A DNA stretch of 64,000 nt from an uncultured Chryseobacterium sp. (GTDB lineage: Bacteria > Bacteroidota > Bacteroidia > Flavobacteriales_F > PHOS-HE28), in assembly GCA_964464935.1 (NCBI GenBank), contig CAYXKE010000001.1, positions 78,059 through 142,058 on the forward strand. Direction: 5' to 3'. Shown here in pieces: positions 28,729-38,588 of the stretch. The translations under genes were made by a program, and so were the position numbers. Every line of letters begins with the position of its first letter. Within the stretch, counting starts at the first letter, position 1. The notes under the pieces are model-generated. The model did no database searches, was not told the origin of the DNA, and saw only the letters and a program-made list of their open reading frames with translations.

Positions 28729-29997
28729 TCAGCGCGGCATGGGCGGCGCCTCCGCCCCGGCCAGCTTCCGGGACATTTCCGTGCGCAGCCTGTCGAAGTC
28801 GGCGCGCCGGGCCTCCGGGACGGGCTCTGCGCTGGGGAACTCCTCGCGACGGTGGTCCACCTGCACCCCGTTCTTCCAGAAGCGGAAGCACACGTGCGGA
28901 CCGGTGGCGAGGCCCGTGCTGCCCACCTCACCGATCACATCCCCCTGGCGCACGCGCTGGCCCTGCTTCGCCAGGATCTTGCGCATGTGCAGGTACTGCG
29001 TGCTGTATGTGGCGTTGTGGCGGATCTTCACGAAGTTGCCGTTGCCACTGGTGAAGCCGGCCTTTTCCACCACCCCATCGCCCACCGCGATGATGGGCGT
29101 GCCGTAAGGGGCGGCGTAGTCCGTGCCCAGGTGCGCCTTCATCACCTTCTGCACCGGATGCAGACGCCGCGCACTGAAGCCGGACGAGATGCGGCTGTAC
29201 TTCACCGGCGCCTTCAGGAAGGCCTTGCGCAAGCTGTTGCCCTCCTCGTCGAAGTATTGCGCGCCATCCTCCTGCTCGAAGCGGTAGGCGTTCAGCACCC
29301 GGCCCTCGCTCACGTAGCGCGCGGCCAGCACCTGCGGCATGCCGATCGACCGGCCGTCCACCTCCTGCTGGGTGAACACCACGGAGAACACATCGCCGCG
29401 CTGGATGCGGTGGAAGTCGACGGTCCAGGCGAAGACCTCGGCCAGCTGCAGGGCGAGCATGGGGTCGGCGCCGGCACGCTGCATGTCGTTGTACAAGGCA
29501 CCGTTCACCGCCACGGTCACCACATGTTCGGTGGTATGGACCGGCCGCCGTCCCGTGCGTACCGTGAGGCTGTCGGGATCCAGTCCGAAGACCACATACT
29601 CCACCGGGCCGGTCTCATACACGAAATAGCTGGGCGTGCGCGCCTCGTCGTCGGTGAAGATGAATGCGTAAGGATGGCCGCTGCGCATGCGACGCACATC
29701 GAACTGGTCCACTCCTTTCTGGGCCAGGGAATGCGCCACGGCGGTGGGCACCCCGTGCGCGGCCAGCATGGCGCCGAACGTGTCCCCGTTGCGCACCACG
29801 CCCGTCTCCATCACGAAGCCCTGCAGCGGAATGCCGTAGGCCTGGGGCGGCAGCGGGATCGTGTCCTCGTCCGGGGGCGGCGGGTCCTCCACGTACTCCA
29901 CATGGGGCCGCACATCCACACCCACCATCACATAGCCCAACCCCATCGCCCCCAATGCCGCCAGGGCGATCCACCACCGGCCCTTCATTCCTCGCAT
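28729..29997 (-). CDS. M23 family metallopeptidase (peptidoglycan DD-endopeptidase-like)
   Basis: There is an N-terminal TM anchor. The C-terminal LysM-less M23 core contains HLGTDYAAPYGTPI...GNGNFVKIRHN...YLHM, the HxxxD and HxH motifs. Confidence 0.75.
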   Translation of the reverse strand: MRGMKGRWWIALAALGAMGLGYVMVGVDVRPHVEYVEDPPPPDEDTIPLPPQAYGIPLQGFVMETGVVRNGDTFGAMLAAHGVPTAVAHSLAQKGVDQFDVRRMRSGHPYAFIFTDDEARTPSYFVYETGPVEYVVFGLDPDSLTVRTGRRPVHTTEHVVTVAVNGALYNDMQRAGADPMLALQLAEVFAWTVDFHRIQRGDVFSVVFTQQEVDGRSIGMPQVLAARYVSEGRVLNAYRFEQEDGAQYFDEEGNSLRKAFLKAPVKYSRISSGFSARRLHPVQKVMKAHLGTDYAAPYGTPIIAVGDGVVEKAGFTSGNGNFVKIRHNATYSTQYLHMRKILAKQGQRVRQGDVIGEVGSTGLATGPHVCFRFWKNGVQVDHRREEFPSAEPVPEARRADFDRLRTEMSRKLAGAEAPPMPR

Positions 29998-30146
29998 GTC
30001 GCAAGGAACGCAGCATGGCCGCGCGAACGCATGCAGCTGCCGGGATCGTTTCCACGGTCCACTTGGGAAAACGGCCCCATGATCACGTGCGGGCGGCGCC
30101 GGGCGCGGATAAAAGGGCATCGATCCGCGATGACGAACTTTGCCCC

Positions 30147-31226
30147 ATGTTCGGATCCCCCACGCGCACAGAGCTCGCCACCCTGGGCGAGTTCGGCCTG
30201 ATCGACCGGATCAGATCCCGGGTTGAGCTGCGGAACCCCTCCTCCGTGAAAGGAATCGGTGATGATGCCGCCGTGATCGGCACGGACAGCATGCACCAGG
30301 TGGTGACCACGGACATGCTGCTGGAGGGCATCCATTTCGACCTGAGCTACGTGCCTCTGAAGCACCTGGGCTACAAGGCCGTGGTGGTGAACCTCAGCGA
30401 TGTGTACGCCATGAACGCGCGGCCCCGGCAGATCACCGTGTCACTGGGCCTGAGCAACCGGTTCTCCGTGGAAGCCGTGGACGAACTCTACGCGGGCATC
30501 GAACTGGCCTGCGCGAACTACGGCGTCGACCTGGTGGGCGGTGACACCTGCTCGAGCCTGAGCGGCTTGGTGATCGCCATCACGGCCATCGGCGCCGCAT
30601 CACCGGAGAAGATCGTGTACCGCAACGGCGCTCGCGAGCACGACTTGGTGGTGGTGAGCGGCGACCTCGGCGGTGCGTACATGGGCCTGCAGGTGCTGGA
30701 GCGGGAAAAGGCTGTGTTCCGAGAAACGGGCGCCCAACCCGACCTCGCCGGGCACGACTACATCCTGGAGCGACAACTCAAGCCCGAGGCGCGGCGCGAC
30801 ATCATCGAGCTGTTGGAGAAGCTGGAGGTGCAGCCCACCAGCATGATCGACATCAGCGATGGGTTGGCCAGCGAAGCCCTGCATCTGGCGCACAGTTCAG
30901 GCACGGGTATCGCCATCCACGATGACAAGCTGCCCATCGACCCCTCGACCTATTCCACCGCCCGCGACTTCGGCCTGGACCCCACCACGTGCGCCATGAA
31001 CGGCGGTGAGGACTATGAGCTGCTCTTCACCATCCGGCAAGCGGACTACGAGAAGATCAAGGGCAACCCGAACCTGACCGTGGTAGGCTACATCACCTCG
31101 GCGGAGTTCGGCTGTGTGCTGGTGGACAAGGCGGGAGGAACGCATGCCCTGGAGGCACAGGGCTGGAACGCCTTCCGCGCACCTGCGGACCCGACCGCCC
31201 AGGCGGAGGAAGGACCCCGGGAATGA
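30147..31226 (+). CDS. thiL: thiamine-monophosphate kinase
   Basis: The AIR-synthase-related N-terminus is GEFGLIDRI....GIGDDAAV, with a PurM-like C-terminus. The start was chosen at the in-frame ATG (MFGSPTR). Confidence 0.8.
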   Translation: MFGSPTRTELATLGEFGLIDRIRSRVELRNPSSVKGIGDDAAVIGTDSMHQVVTTDMLLEGIHFDLSYVPLKHLGYKAVVVNLSDVYAMNARPRQITVSLGLSNRFSVEAVDELYAGIELACANYGVDLVGGDTCSSLSGLVIAITAIGAASPEKIVYRNGAREHDLVVVSGDLGGAYMGLQVLEREKAVFRETGAQPDLAGHDYILERQLKPEARRDIIELLEKLEVQPTSMIDISDGLASEALHLAHSSGTGIAIHDDKLPIDPSTYSTARDFGLDPTTCAMNGGEDYELLFTIRQADYEKIKGNPNLTVVGYITSAEFGCVLVDKAGGTHALEAQGWNAFRAPADPTAQAEEGPRE

Positions 31227-31283
31227 CGAACGCCCGGTGCTGCCGGGCGTTCGGATGGGTGCACGGGCCGCGGCCCGCTGCGA

Positions 31284-31523
31284 TCAGTGCTTGCGTTTGC
31301 GGCTGTCCCCGATGTCGTCCCCATCGTCACCGATGGCGATGCCGGGCAGCTCCTCGGTGGCATGGGACGAGCCGCAGCCGTTGGTCTGGCGCAGGCTGGG
31401 TGCATTGATCTCTGTGGCCAGCGCTGCGGGAGCCAAAGGCTCTTCCTTGGCGCAACCGGTGAACAACACGAGGGCCAGCACGAGCATGGCCCCGAGGCCT
31501 GGATGACGTACGTGGGAGAACAT
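31284..31523 (-). CDS. small hypothetical lipoprotein (79 aa)
   Basis: There is a signal peptide with lipobox (LVLFTGC) and an acidic C-terminus. A perfect TAnnTTTG -7 motif sits immediately upstream. Confidence 0.4.
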   Translation of the reverse strand: MFSHVRHPGLGAMLVLALVLFTGCAKEEPLAPAALATEINAPSLRQTNGCGSSHATEELPGIAIGDDGDDIGDSRKRKH

Positions 31524-31527
31524 AGCC

Positions 31528-31535
31528 CAAATATA
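31528..31535 (-). promoter_or_regulatory. Bacteroidota-type -7 promoter element TATATTTG upstream of the small lipoprotein gene
   Basis: The reverse complement of CAAATATA at 31528..31535 matches the TAnnTTTG consensus. Confidence 0.3.
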
Positions 31536-31561
31536 ATGGATCGTCCTGCGGATCCCAAACG

Positions 31562-34500
31562 CTACGCCTCGGGGCTGCCGGCGGCGAAGCGCGGCAGGGT
31601 GACCACCACCAAGGTGCCGCGGCCCCTCGGGTGGGGCTGGGGCCCTTGGATCCCGATGTCCATCATCGACAGTCGGCGCAGCACATCGGCCCGCCCCTTG
31701 GTGATCTCGATCCCCCGCGAGATGTGGTCGGCCTCCCGGCGCTCACGATCGCGGCGACTGTGCTCCATGCCCACGCCATCGTCCTCGATGCGCACCTCCA
31801 CATGGCCATCGGGGCTGTTGGTCACCACCACCTCCACCAGACCGGGGCGGTCCATGGGCAGGATACCGTGCCAGATGCTGTTCTCCACGTAGGGCTGCAG
31901 CATCATGGCCGGCAGCCGCACGGCACGGGTGTCCACCGTGGGATCCACCTGGATGCGGTACTGAAGGCGGTCCTTGAACCGCATGCGCTCCAGCACGAGG
32001 TAGAGTTCCAGGCGTTCCAGTTCTTCGGCCAGTGAGGTGGTGTCGCTCTGGCTCGCGTCGAGGTTCCGGCGGATGAGCTTGGCGAAGCTGGTGAGGTAGC
32101 GGTTGGCCGACTCACGGTCCTGCCGGTTGATGTGGTACTGGATGCTGTTCAGCGCGTTGAACACGAAGTGGCGGTTCATGTTGGCATTGAGGGCCTGCTG
32201 CTCCATCTGCAGCATGCGCGAGCGGAGCATGAGCTGGCGGGTGTGTTCGGCGCGGGCGCGGCGCTGATCGCGGATGCGGGCGAGGACCATGATCAAGCCG
32301 GCCACCAGGGCCAGCACCAGCAGGACGAACCACCAGCGCGACCAGACGGGCGGTTCGATGCGGAAGCTGAAGGAGGCCGGTTCGCTCCAGGGGCCATTGC
32401 CCAGCGCGGCGGCCACCTCGAAGGTGTAATCACCGTGGGGCAGGTTGCTGAAGCTGGCGTAGCGGTCGTGCGTGGGCGGCAGCCAGTCCTCGTCCAGGCC
32501 CACCAGACGATAGCGGTACACCACTTTCTCCGGGTCGGTGAGGCTGATGCCGGTGTAGTCGAACGTGAGGTAGTGACGGCGGTGGTCCAGGCGCAGGTCC
32601 ACGGGCAGGCCGCGTGCATCGAGGCCTTTCGCGCGCCCGCTCCAGTCGGTTTCCTGCAGGAAGGAACGCACCCGGCTGATGAGGACCTTGGGCGCGGGCG
32701 GTGTGGGGAGCGTGGCGTGGCGGAAGGCGTCGTGGAAGACCATGCCACCCGCGCTGCCCAGGAAGAGGCGCCCGCGCGGGTCCATGAAGCAGGCATTGAG
32801 GTTGAACTCCAGGCTGCGCAGGCCCTCGTTCACGCCGATGCGTTGGAAGGCCAGGGGGTCGTCCAGCAGGCTGTCGGGATGGAAACGGACCAAGCCGTTG
32901 TTGGTGCCCGCCCACATCTCGCCATGGGGTCCGGCGATCAGGAACATCACCTGGTTGGAACCCAGGTCGGCGCCCAACCGGATGGTGCGGAACGTGCCGT
33001 CCATCCGGCAGGTGAGCCCGTTGTTGGTGCCGGCCCAGAGGCGCCCCGCGGCGTCGATGGTGAGGCATTGCACGTTGTTGTCGCTGACGCCGTGCGCCGT
33101 GGTCCATGTGCGGAAGCCATCGGGGCCGTACTCGCTGATACCCTGCTCGGTGGCCATCAGCAGTCGGCCGGGCCGAGGCGAGACGATCGCGCGCACGGAC
33201 CGGCCCGGCCCTTCGGCACCCGCGGCGAAATGCTCCACGGTGCCGTCGGGCGAGAGGCGTGAGAGCCCGTTCCGCGTCCCCGCCCAGATGTTCCCTGTTC
33301 CATCCTCGTACAGGGAGAACACCCGGCGGCCGGAGAGGGTGGCGGCGGCCGGCAGCCGCTGCACCACGCCGTTGCGCACCTTGGCCAGGCCGTCGCTGGT
33401 GCCGAACCACAGGGCGCTGTCGCGCGTCATCAGCCCGCACCAGACCGTGTTGTTGGGTAGGCCGTCGATGGTGGTGATCATGGCCATGGCGTCCAATCGG
33501 CACACGCCCAGATCGTAGGTGCCCAGCCACAGGTCGCCACGGTGGTCGGCGATGATGTCCATCACCAGGTCGCTGCACAGCCCATCGCGCCCGGTGAACG
33601 TGATGAAGCGGTCACCCAAGTACTTGAGCAGACCACCGCCGTCCGTTCCGAACCAGATGTTGCCCTCGTTGTCCTGCAGGGCGCACCACACGTTCTCGTT
33701 GGGCATGCCTTGGTGCACGGTGAACACGCGCATGCGCTCGTTGTCCCACAGGTTCAGCCCCAGCCTCGTCCCGATCCACAGGCGCCCCTGGTCGTCCCAA
33801 AGCAGGCAGCGCACGGTGTTCTGCAGGAGGTTGGTCTCCTCGTCGAACACGGCGATCACGCCCTCGTCACCCACTTGGAAGAGGCCATCCTGGAACGTGC
33901 CCACCCACCAGCTGCCGTCCGGCCCTTCGGCCAGGGCGCTGATGGCCCGCCGCGGATCATTACCCAGAGGCACGGAGCGGAAGCGCTGGTCGTGGTCGCG
34001 CAGCAGCAGACCGTTGCGCAGGCCCACGAGCAGCCGGCCGTCGCGCAGGGCCAGTACGCAACGAACATGCGTGGCCGTGTCCACGGGATAGCCGGGGTGG
34101 GCATGCACGCCCGTGCTGTCGCGCAGGAAGAGGCCGTCGCCATCGGTGCCGATGTAGAGTTCGCCTGAATGGCCCACGGCCAGGCTCTGGATGCGCGCGC
34201 CGGTGGCATTGGCGGGCATGGTCTCGGCGATCAGCCGGTCGCCCACCACACGCAGCAGCCCGCCCCCTGCACCCACCCACAGGTGGCCCTGCCCCCCGTT
34301 GGCCAGGGCGGTGACGTGGGCATCGGGCAGGCCTTCCTGCAAGGCCAGCGTACGGAACGAATGCCCGTCGTATCGGCTGATGCCCCCCAGTGTGCCCACC
34401 CACAGGAAGCCGTCGGCGTCCTGCGCGATGGCCCGTACCTGGCTCTGGGCCAGCCCATTGCGCGGGGTGAACTGCAGGAAGCTGTACTGCTGGGCCCGGG

Positions 34501-34567
34501 CGGGCACGGTCAGGCATACCGCCATGACCAGGGCCGCGGCCCATGGGCACCGCCGTACCGAACGCAT
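31562..34567 (-). CDS. two-component regulator propeller (Y_Y_Y) sensor fused to LytS/YehU-type histidine kinase
   Basis: There is a signal peptide and many WVGT/GL..(Y/F) beta-propeller repeats. A TM segment is followed by the His_kinase (HFVFNALNSIQ) and HATPase regions. The gene overlaps the LytTR regulator stop in an ATGA junction. Confidence 0.8.
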   Translation of the reverse strand: MRSVRRCPWAAALVMAVCLTVPARAQQYSFLQFTPRNGLAQSQVRAIAQDADGFLWVGTLGGISRYDGHSFRTLALQEGLPDAHVTALANGGQGHLWVGAGGGLLRVVGDRLIAETMPANATGARIQSLAVGHSGELYIGTDGDGLFLRDSTGVHAHPGYPVDTATHVRCVLALRDGRLLVGLRNGLLLRDHDQRFRSVPLGNDPRRAISALAEGPDGSWWVGTFQDGLFQVGDEGVIAVFDEETNLLQNTVRCLLWDDQGRLWIGTRLGLNLWDNERMRVFTVHQGMPNENVWCALQDNEGNIWFGTDGGGLLKYLGDRFITFTGRDGLCSDLVMDIIADHRGDLWLGTYDLGVCRLDAMAMITTIDGLPNNTVWCGLMTRDSALWFGTSDGLAKVRNGVVQRLPAAATLSGRRVFSLYEDGTGNIWAGTRNGLSRLSPDGTVEHFAAGAEGPGRSVRAIVSPRPGRLLMATEQGISEYGPDGFRTWTTAHGVSDNNVQCLTIDAAGRLWAGTNNGLTCRMDGTFRTIRLGADLGSNQVMFLIAGPHGEMWAGTNNGLVRFHPDSLLDDPLAFQRIGVNEGLRSLEFNLNACFMDPRGRLFLGSAGGMVFHDAFRHATLPTPPAPKVLISRVRSFLQETDWSGRAKGLDARGLPVDLRLDHRRHYLTFDYTGISLTDPEKVVYRYRLVGLDEDWLPPTHDRYASFSNLPHGDYTFEVAAALGNGPWSEPASFSFRIEPPVWSRWWFVLLVLALVAGLIMVLARIRDQRRARAEHTRQLMLRSRMLQMEQQALNANMNRHFVFNALNSIQYHINRQDRESANRYLTSFAKLIRRNLDASQSDTTSLAEELERLELYLVLERMRFKDRLQYRIQVDPTVDTRAVRLPAMMLQPYVENSIWHGILPMDRPGLVEVVVTNSPDGHVEVRIEDDGVGMEHSRRDRERREADHISRGIEITKGRADVLRRLSMMDIGIQGPQPHPRGRGTLVVVTLPRFAAGSPEA

Positions 34568-35325
34568 CAGAAAGTGTTGATGAGCCCGAGGAACTCGGTG
34601 AGCCGGCGCCGCGACACGGGGATCATGGTGCCGTTGTCCAGCACGGCCATATTGCCCTCGGCCCGGTTGAAGCCGGCCAGATGCGCCAGGTTGATGATGT
34701 ACGATTTGTGCACGCGGAAGAACGACTTGGGATCGAGGTTGTTCTCGAACACGCGGATATGCTTGCTGCTGAGCGAGCGTTTGCCGTTCACCAGGTGCAC
34801 GGTGGTGTAGCTGTCGTTGGCCTCCAGGTAGAGCACGTCCTCCTGCTTCAACAGGGTGAAACCTTCGCGCCCGGGGATGGCCAGGCGGGAATGCAACGGC
34901 GATGAGGGGTCGCGCATCAACACCGCCATGGCCGATGCGGCGGGCGGGCCGCTGCCCAGCTCACCGGCGCGGCGCACCAACTTGCCCACGGCACGCCGCA
35001 GCTCATCCGGGTCGATGGGCTTCTCCAGGTAGTCCAGCGCGTTCTCCTTGAAGGCGCGCAGCGCGAACTCGTCATAGGCCGTGGTGAAGACCACCGGCAG
35101 GTCCAGGTCGGCCACGGAAGCCAACAGCTGGAAGCCATCCTCGCCGGGCATCTTGATGTCGAGCAGCAGACCATTGGGCTGGTGCGCGGCGATCATTTCC
35201 CGTGCTTCCTGGGCATTGGCGGCCATGGCCACGACCTCCACCTCAGGGCAATGTTCCCCCAGCATGAAGCGCAGGTTCTCACGGGCATCGGCCTCATCAT
35301 CCACGATCAGTATGCGAAGGGACAT
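34567..35325 (-). CDS. LytTR-family response regulator (LytR/AlgR type)
   Basis: The receiver domain is ILIVDDE...LLDIKMPGEDG. The C-terminal LytTR DNA-binding domain is VHLVNGKRSLSSKHIRVFENNLDPKSFFRVHKSYIINL. Confidence 0.85.
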   Translation of the reverse strand: MSLRILIVDDEADARENLRFMLGEHCPEVEVVAMAANAQEAREMIAAHQPNGLLLDIKMPGEDGFQLLASVADLDLPVVFTTAYDEFALRAFKENALDYLEKPIDPDELRRAVGKLVRRAGELGSGPPAASAMAVLMRDPSSPLHSRLAIPGREGFTLLKQEDVLYLEANDSYTTVHLVNGKRSLSSKHIRVFENNLDPKSFFRVHKSYIINLAHLAGFNRAEGNMAVLDNGTMIPVSRRRLTEFLGLINTF

Positions 35326-35606
35326 GCGTGGTGGTTTTTGTGAGGGAAAAGATAGGCGGAAGCCTCGGCCCCGGTATGGGCGGCGCGATGAACGCGGCGT
35401 CCGGTCCAACGAACGGACCGTCCCACAGGGCTGAAGGCGGGACGGGCGTGGGACGAACGGTTCCGCATCCTGAAGCGGGCCTACCGTTGCTCGTACATCA
35501 TCTGGAACGCGGGGGGGGCGGGGTAGATTCCCGCTGGGAACGCACCGCACGTGCCGGTGAAAGGGAGAGTCATCCGGCCCGCATGCAGCGCCCCTCATTG
35601 TGGCGA

Positions 35607-35648
35607 GGGTCCGGTCCGACCGAATGGACCGGACCCTTCGTCCTTTCC
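35607..35648 (+). terminator. strong hairpin GGGTCCGGTCC-gaccgaat-GGACCGGACCC followed by TTCGTCCTTTCC; intrinsic-terminator-like or structured leader element
   Basis: A perfect 11-bp stem was read directly. It lies in a 362-bp intergenic region that holds a second, related GGTCC/GGACC hairpin at 35399..35421. Confidence 0.4.
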
Positions 35649-35687
35649 GGGGTGCAACCCGGCCGGGTGGGCCGCGTACAAGGGGCC

Positions 35688-35966
35688 ATGCGACCCGAAG
35701 GAGGCGACCGTTCCCAAGCCACTCATGAGATCCGTGTGCGCATCGATCAGATCGAGCGCCTGTTGATGTTCGACTATGAACCGGGCACCGAGGATGCCCT
35801 GTTCGACATATGCGACCGGCATGGTCGCATCGTCAAGTCCGGCGAGGTGCATGGCCCGGTGACCCGGGTGCGCATCACCGACCTGGACGGCGAGGAGTAC
35901 TTCCTGATGGTGCTCGACGGGGAGATCTCCACCGTGAAGCCCATCTACCTGAACCGCGTGGCCTGA
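35688..35966 (+). CDS. small hypothetical protein (~90 aa)
   Basis: GC3 codon bias is strong (cgc atc gat cag atc gag cgc ctg...). There is no recognisable domain, and the GTG start at 35733 is an alternative. Confidence 0.4.
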   Translation: MRPEGGDRSQATHEIRVRIDQIERLLMFDYEPGTEDALFDICDRHGRIVKSGEVHGPVTRVRITDLDGEEYFLMVLDGEISTVKPIYLNRVA

Positions 35967-36048
35967 CCGGCCCGCGCACCCCCGCACACCAGCACGGAGG
36001 CCCGCCCACGCGAACGTGGTGCGGGCCTCCGCGTGTTGGGAGCCGGAC

Positions 36049-37359
36049 CTACGCCGGCTGATGCTTGCGGGCAGCGGCCATCAGCGCCTCGATCTCCTCC
36101 GCATCGATGGGGATCTCCGCAAAGAGGTCGGTGTTGCCGTCGCGGCCCACCACGATGTTGTTCTCCAGGCGGATCCCCAGCTTCTCCTCGGGGATGTAGA
36201 TGCCGGGCTCCACGGTGAAGACCATGTCCTCTGCGATGGGCTCGTGCCACAGGCCCACATCGTGCACGTCCAGGCCCAGGAAGTGGCTGGTGCCGTGCAT
36301 GAAGTATCGCTTGTACAGCGGGCGCTCGGGGTCCTGCTTCGCCACCTCGTGCTTGTTCAGCAGACCCAGACCGATGAGCTCGCTCTCCATGATGCGGCCC
36401 ACCTCCCGGTGGTAGTCCGCCAGCATGGTGCCGGGGCGCAACAACTGGGTGGCCTCGCGCTGAACACGCAGCACCGCATCGTACACCTGGCGTTGGCGGG
36501 GTGTGAACCTGCCGTTCACCGGGATGCTGCGGGTGAGGTCGCTGGCATAGCCCCCGTACTCACAACCGAAGTCCATCAGCAGCACATCGCCGTCCTGGCA
36601 CACCTGGTCGTTGGTGATGTAATGCAGCACGCAGGCGTTGAAGCCGCTGCCGATGATGGGCGTGTAGGCATGGCCGCGTGAGCCGTTGCGGAGGAACTCG
36701 TGGGTGATCTCGGCCTCGATCTCGTACTCCTTCACGCCGGGCCGCACAAAGCCCAGCACGCGCCGGAATGCTTTTCCCGTGATGGTGATGGCGCGGGCGA
36801 TCTGCTCCACCTCCTCGCGCGTTTTGCGGCTGCGCACCCGATGCATGATGGGCGCACTGCGGCGCACGCCGTGCAGCGGGTACTGGGCCATGAGCCGCTT
36901 GTTCATGCGCTCCTCGCGCGTCTCCACCTCGTTGCTCTGGCGCAGGTGTTCGTTGCTGTTCAGGTAGAGCAGCTCCGCCTGGGGCACCAGCCGCTTGATC
37001 GTGGCCTCATAGGCACTGGTCCACAGCACGGTGGCGATGCCGCTGAGCTCACGGGCCTGCTGCGGGGTGAACTTGGCGCCCTCCCAGATGGCGATGTGCT
37101 CATTGGTCTCGCGCACGAAGAGGATCTCCCGGTCCTTCGGGTCCACCGCGTCGGGGAAGAGGAGCAGGATGGTCTCCTCCTGGTCGATGCCCGTGAGGTG
37201 GAAGATGTCCGCGGCCTGCTTGAAGGGCATGGTGCCGTCCGCGCTGGTGGGCATGATGTCGTTGCTGTGGAACACGGCCAGGCCGCCCTTCTCCATGTGT
37301 TGACGGAAGCGGGCGCGGTGCTCGCGGTAAGTGGCGGCGGAAAGGGGAGTGTAGCGCAT
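36049..37359 (-). CDS. pepP: Xaa-Pro aminopeptidase (M24B family)
   Basis: The N-terminal creatinase-like domain is followed by the C-terminal pita-bread fold. The metal ligands are in DFGCEYGGYASD and HGTSHFLGLDVHD. Confidence 0.8.
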   Translation of the reverse strand: MRYTPLSAATYREHRARFRQHMEKGGLAVFHSNDIMPTSADGTMPFKQAADIFHLTGIDQEETILLLFPDAVDPKDREILFVRETNEHIAIWEGAKFTPQQARELSGIATVLWTSAYEATIKRLVPQAELLYLNSNEHLRQSNEVETREERMNKRLMAQYPLHGVRRSAPIMHRVRSRKTREEVEQIARAITITGKAFRRVLGFVRPGVKEYEIEAEITHEFLRNGSRGHAYTPIIGSGFNACVLHYITNDQVCQDGDVLLMDFGCEYGGYASDLTRSIPVNGRFTPRQRQVYDAVLRVQREATQLLRPGTMLADYHREVGRIMESELIGLGLLNKHEVAKQDPERPLYKRYFMHGTSHFLGLDVHDVGLWHEPIAEDMVFTVEPGIYIPEEKLGIRLENNIVVGRDGNTDLFAEIPIDAEEIEALMAAARKHQPA

Positions 37360-37469
37360 GGTGTCTCGGCAGTGTGAAGGGCGAAGGTAGGCGGCCCGCA
37401 GGGAGCGTGTTGCCGCAAGTGGCGGACCGGGCGCATCGGGATGAGCGACCACCGACCCACCTTTGCTCC

Positions 37470-37892
37470 ATGGCCACGAACAAGACCCAACGCACCACCG
37501 CCAGCGTGGATGTGTTCATCGAGGCGCATCCGCGGGAGCAGATGCGCGATGACAGCCGCGAACTGATCGCCTTGATGCGGACCCTGACCGGGGCCGAACC
37601 TTATATGTACGGGCCCAGCATCATCGGCTTCGGCAGCTACCACTACCGGTACGAGAGCGGCCGCGAGGGCGATGCGCCGCTGCTGGCCTTCAGCCCGCGG
37701 AAGACCGAGCTGGTGATCTACGTGGGCGCCGAGGCCCTCACGGACGACCTGCTCGCCCAACTGGGCAGGCACCGCGCCACCAAGGGCTGCCTCTATGTAA
37801 AGAAGCTGGCCGACATCCACATGAACGTGCTGCGCACCATGTTGGAGCGGTCCCTGGCGCACACGCTGGCCACCTACGGGCGGACGTATTGA
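37470..37892 (+). CDS. DUF1801 domain protein
   Basis: (I/L)IGFGSYHYRYESGREGD...KGCLYVKKLADI is typical of the YdhG/DUF1801 family. Confidence 0.55.
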   Translation: MATNKTQRTTASVDVFIEAHPREQMRDDSRELIALMRTLTGAEPYMYGPSIIGFGSYHYRYESGREGDAPLLAFSPRKTELVIYVGAEALTDDLLAQLGRHRATKGCLYVKKLADIHMNVLRTMLERSLAHTLATYGRTY

Positions 37893-37931
37893 GCCGGCCG
37901 TGCCTACATTCACCATCACCGGACCGGGACC

Positions 37932-38588
37932 ATGAACACCCTATTCAACACTTTCCTGGCCATCCACGTACTGGGCGGCACGGTCGGCCTGGTGTCAGGC
38001 ACGCTGAACATGACGGCTCGCAAGGGCGGCCCCCGGCACAAGCGGGTGGGCCGGGTGTTCGCGGTGTCCATGCTCGCCACCGGTCTTTCGGCCTTGGTGC
38101 TCTCGGTGATGCACCCCAGCCCGTTCCTGTTCATCGTGGGTGTGTTCACCATCTACATGGTGGGCACCGGTTGGCGCTATCTGCGGCGGATGCGGGCACC
38201 GCAGGCGGGGACGGCTTGGATCGACCGGGGGCTCACCCTCGCCATGGCCGCCACTGCGGTGGTCTTCGTGGTGATGGGAGTGACGCGCCTGGCGCACATG
38301 AACCTGTTCGGTCTGGTGTTCGTGGCCTTCGGCACCATCGCCCTGATGTTCGTGCGGCGCGACCTGCGCTACCAGCGCCACGGGGTGGGCAGGCCGGGCG
38401 AATGGATCTCGGCCCATCTGCAGCGCATGATGGGGGCCTACATCGCGGCGCTCACCGCCTTCCTGGTGGTGAACGCCCACCATCTGCCGGGCCAACTGCC
38501 GGCGGTGGTGTACTGGTTGTTGCCCACGGCCATCATCACCCCGCTGATCGTGCGCTGGGCGGCCCGGCACGAGGCCAGGAAGGCTTGA
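37932..38588 (+). CDS. hypothetical integral membrane protein (5-6 TM)
   Basis: It is hydrophobic throughout with GC3 bias and no catalytic motif recognised. Confidence 0.45.
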   Translation: MNTLFNTFLAIHVLGGTVGLVSGTLNMTARKGGPRHKRVGRVFAVSMLATGLSALVLSVMHPSPFLFIVGVFTIYMVGTGWRYLRRMRAPQAGTAWIDRGLTLAMAATAVVFVVMGVTRLAHMNLFGLVFVAFGTIALMFVRRDLRYQRHGVGRPGEWISAHLQRMMGAYIAALTAFLVVNAHHLPGQLPAVVYWLLPTAIITPLIVRWAARHEARKA

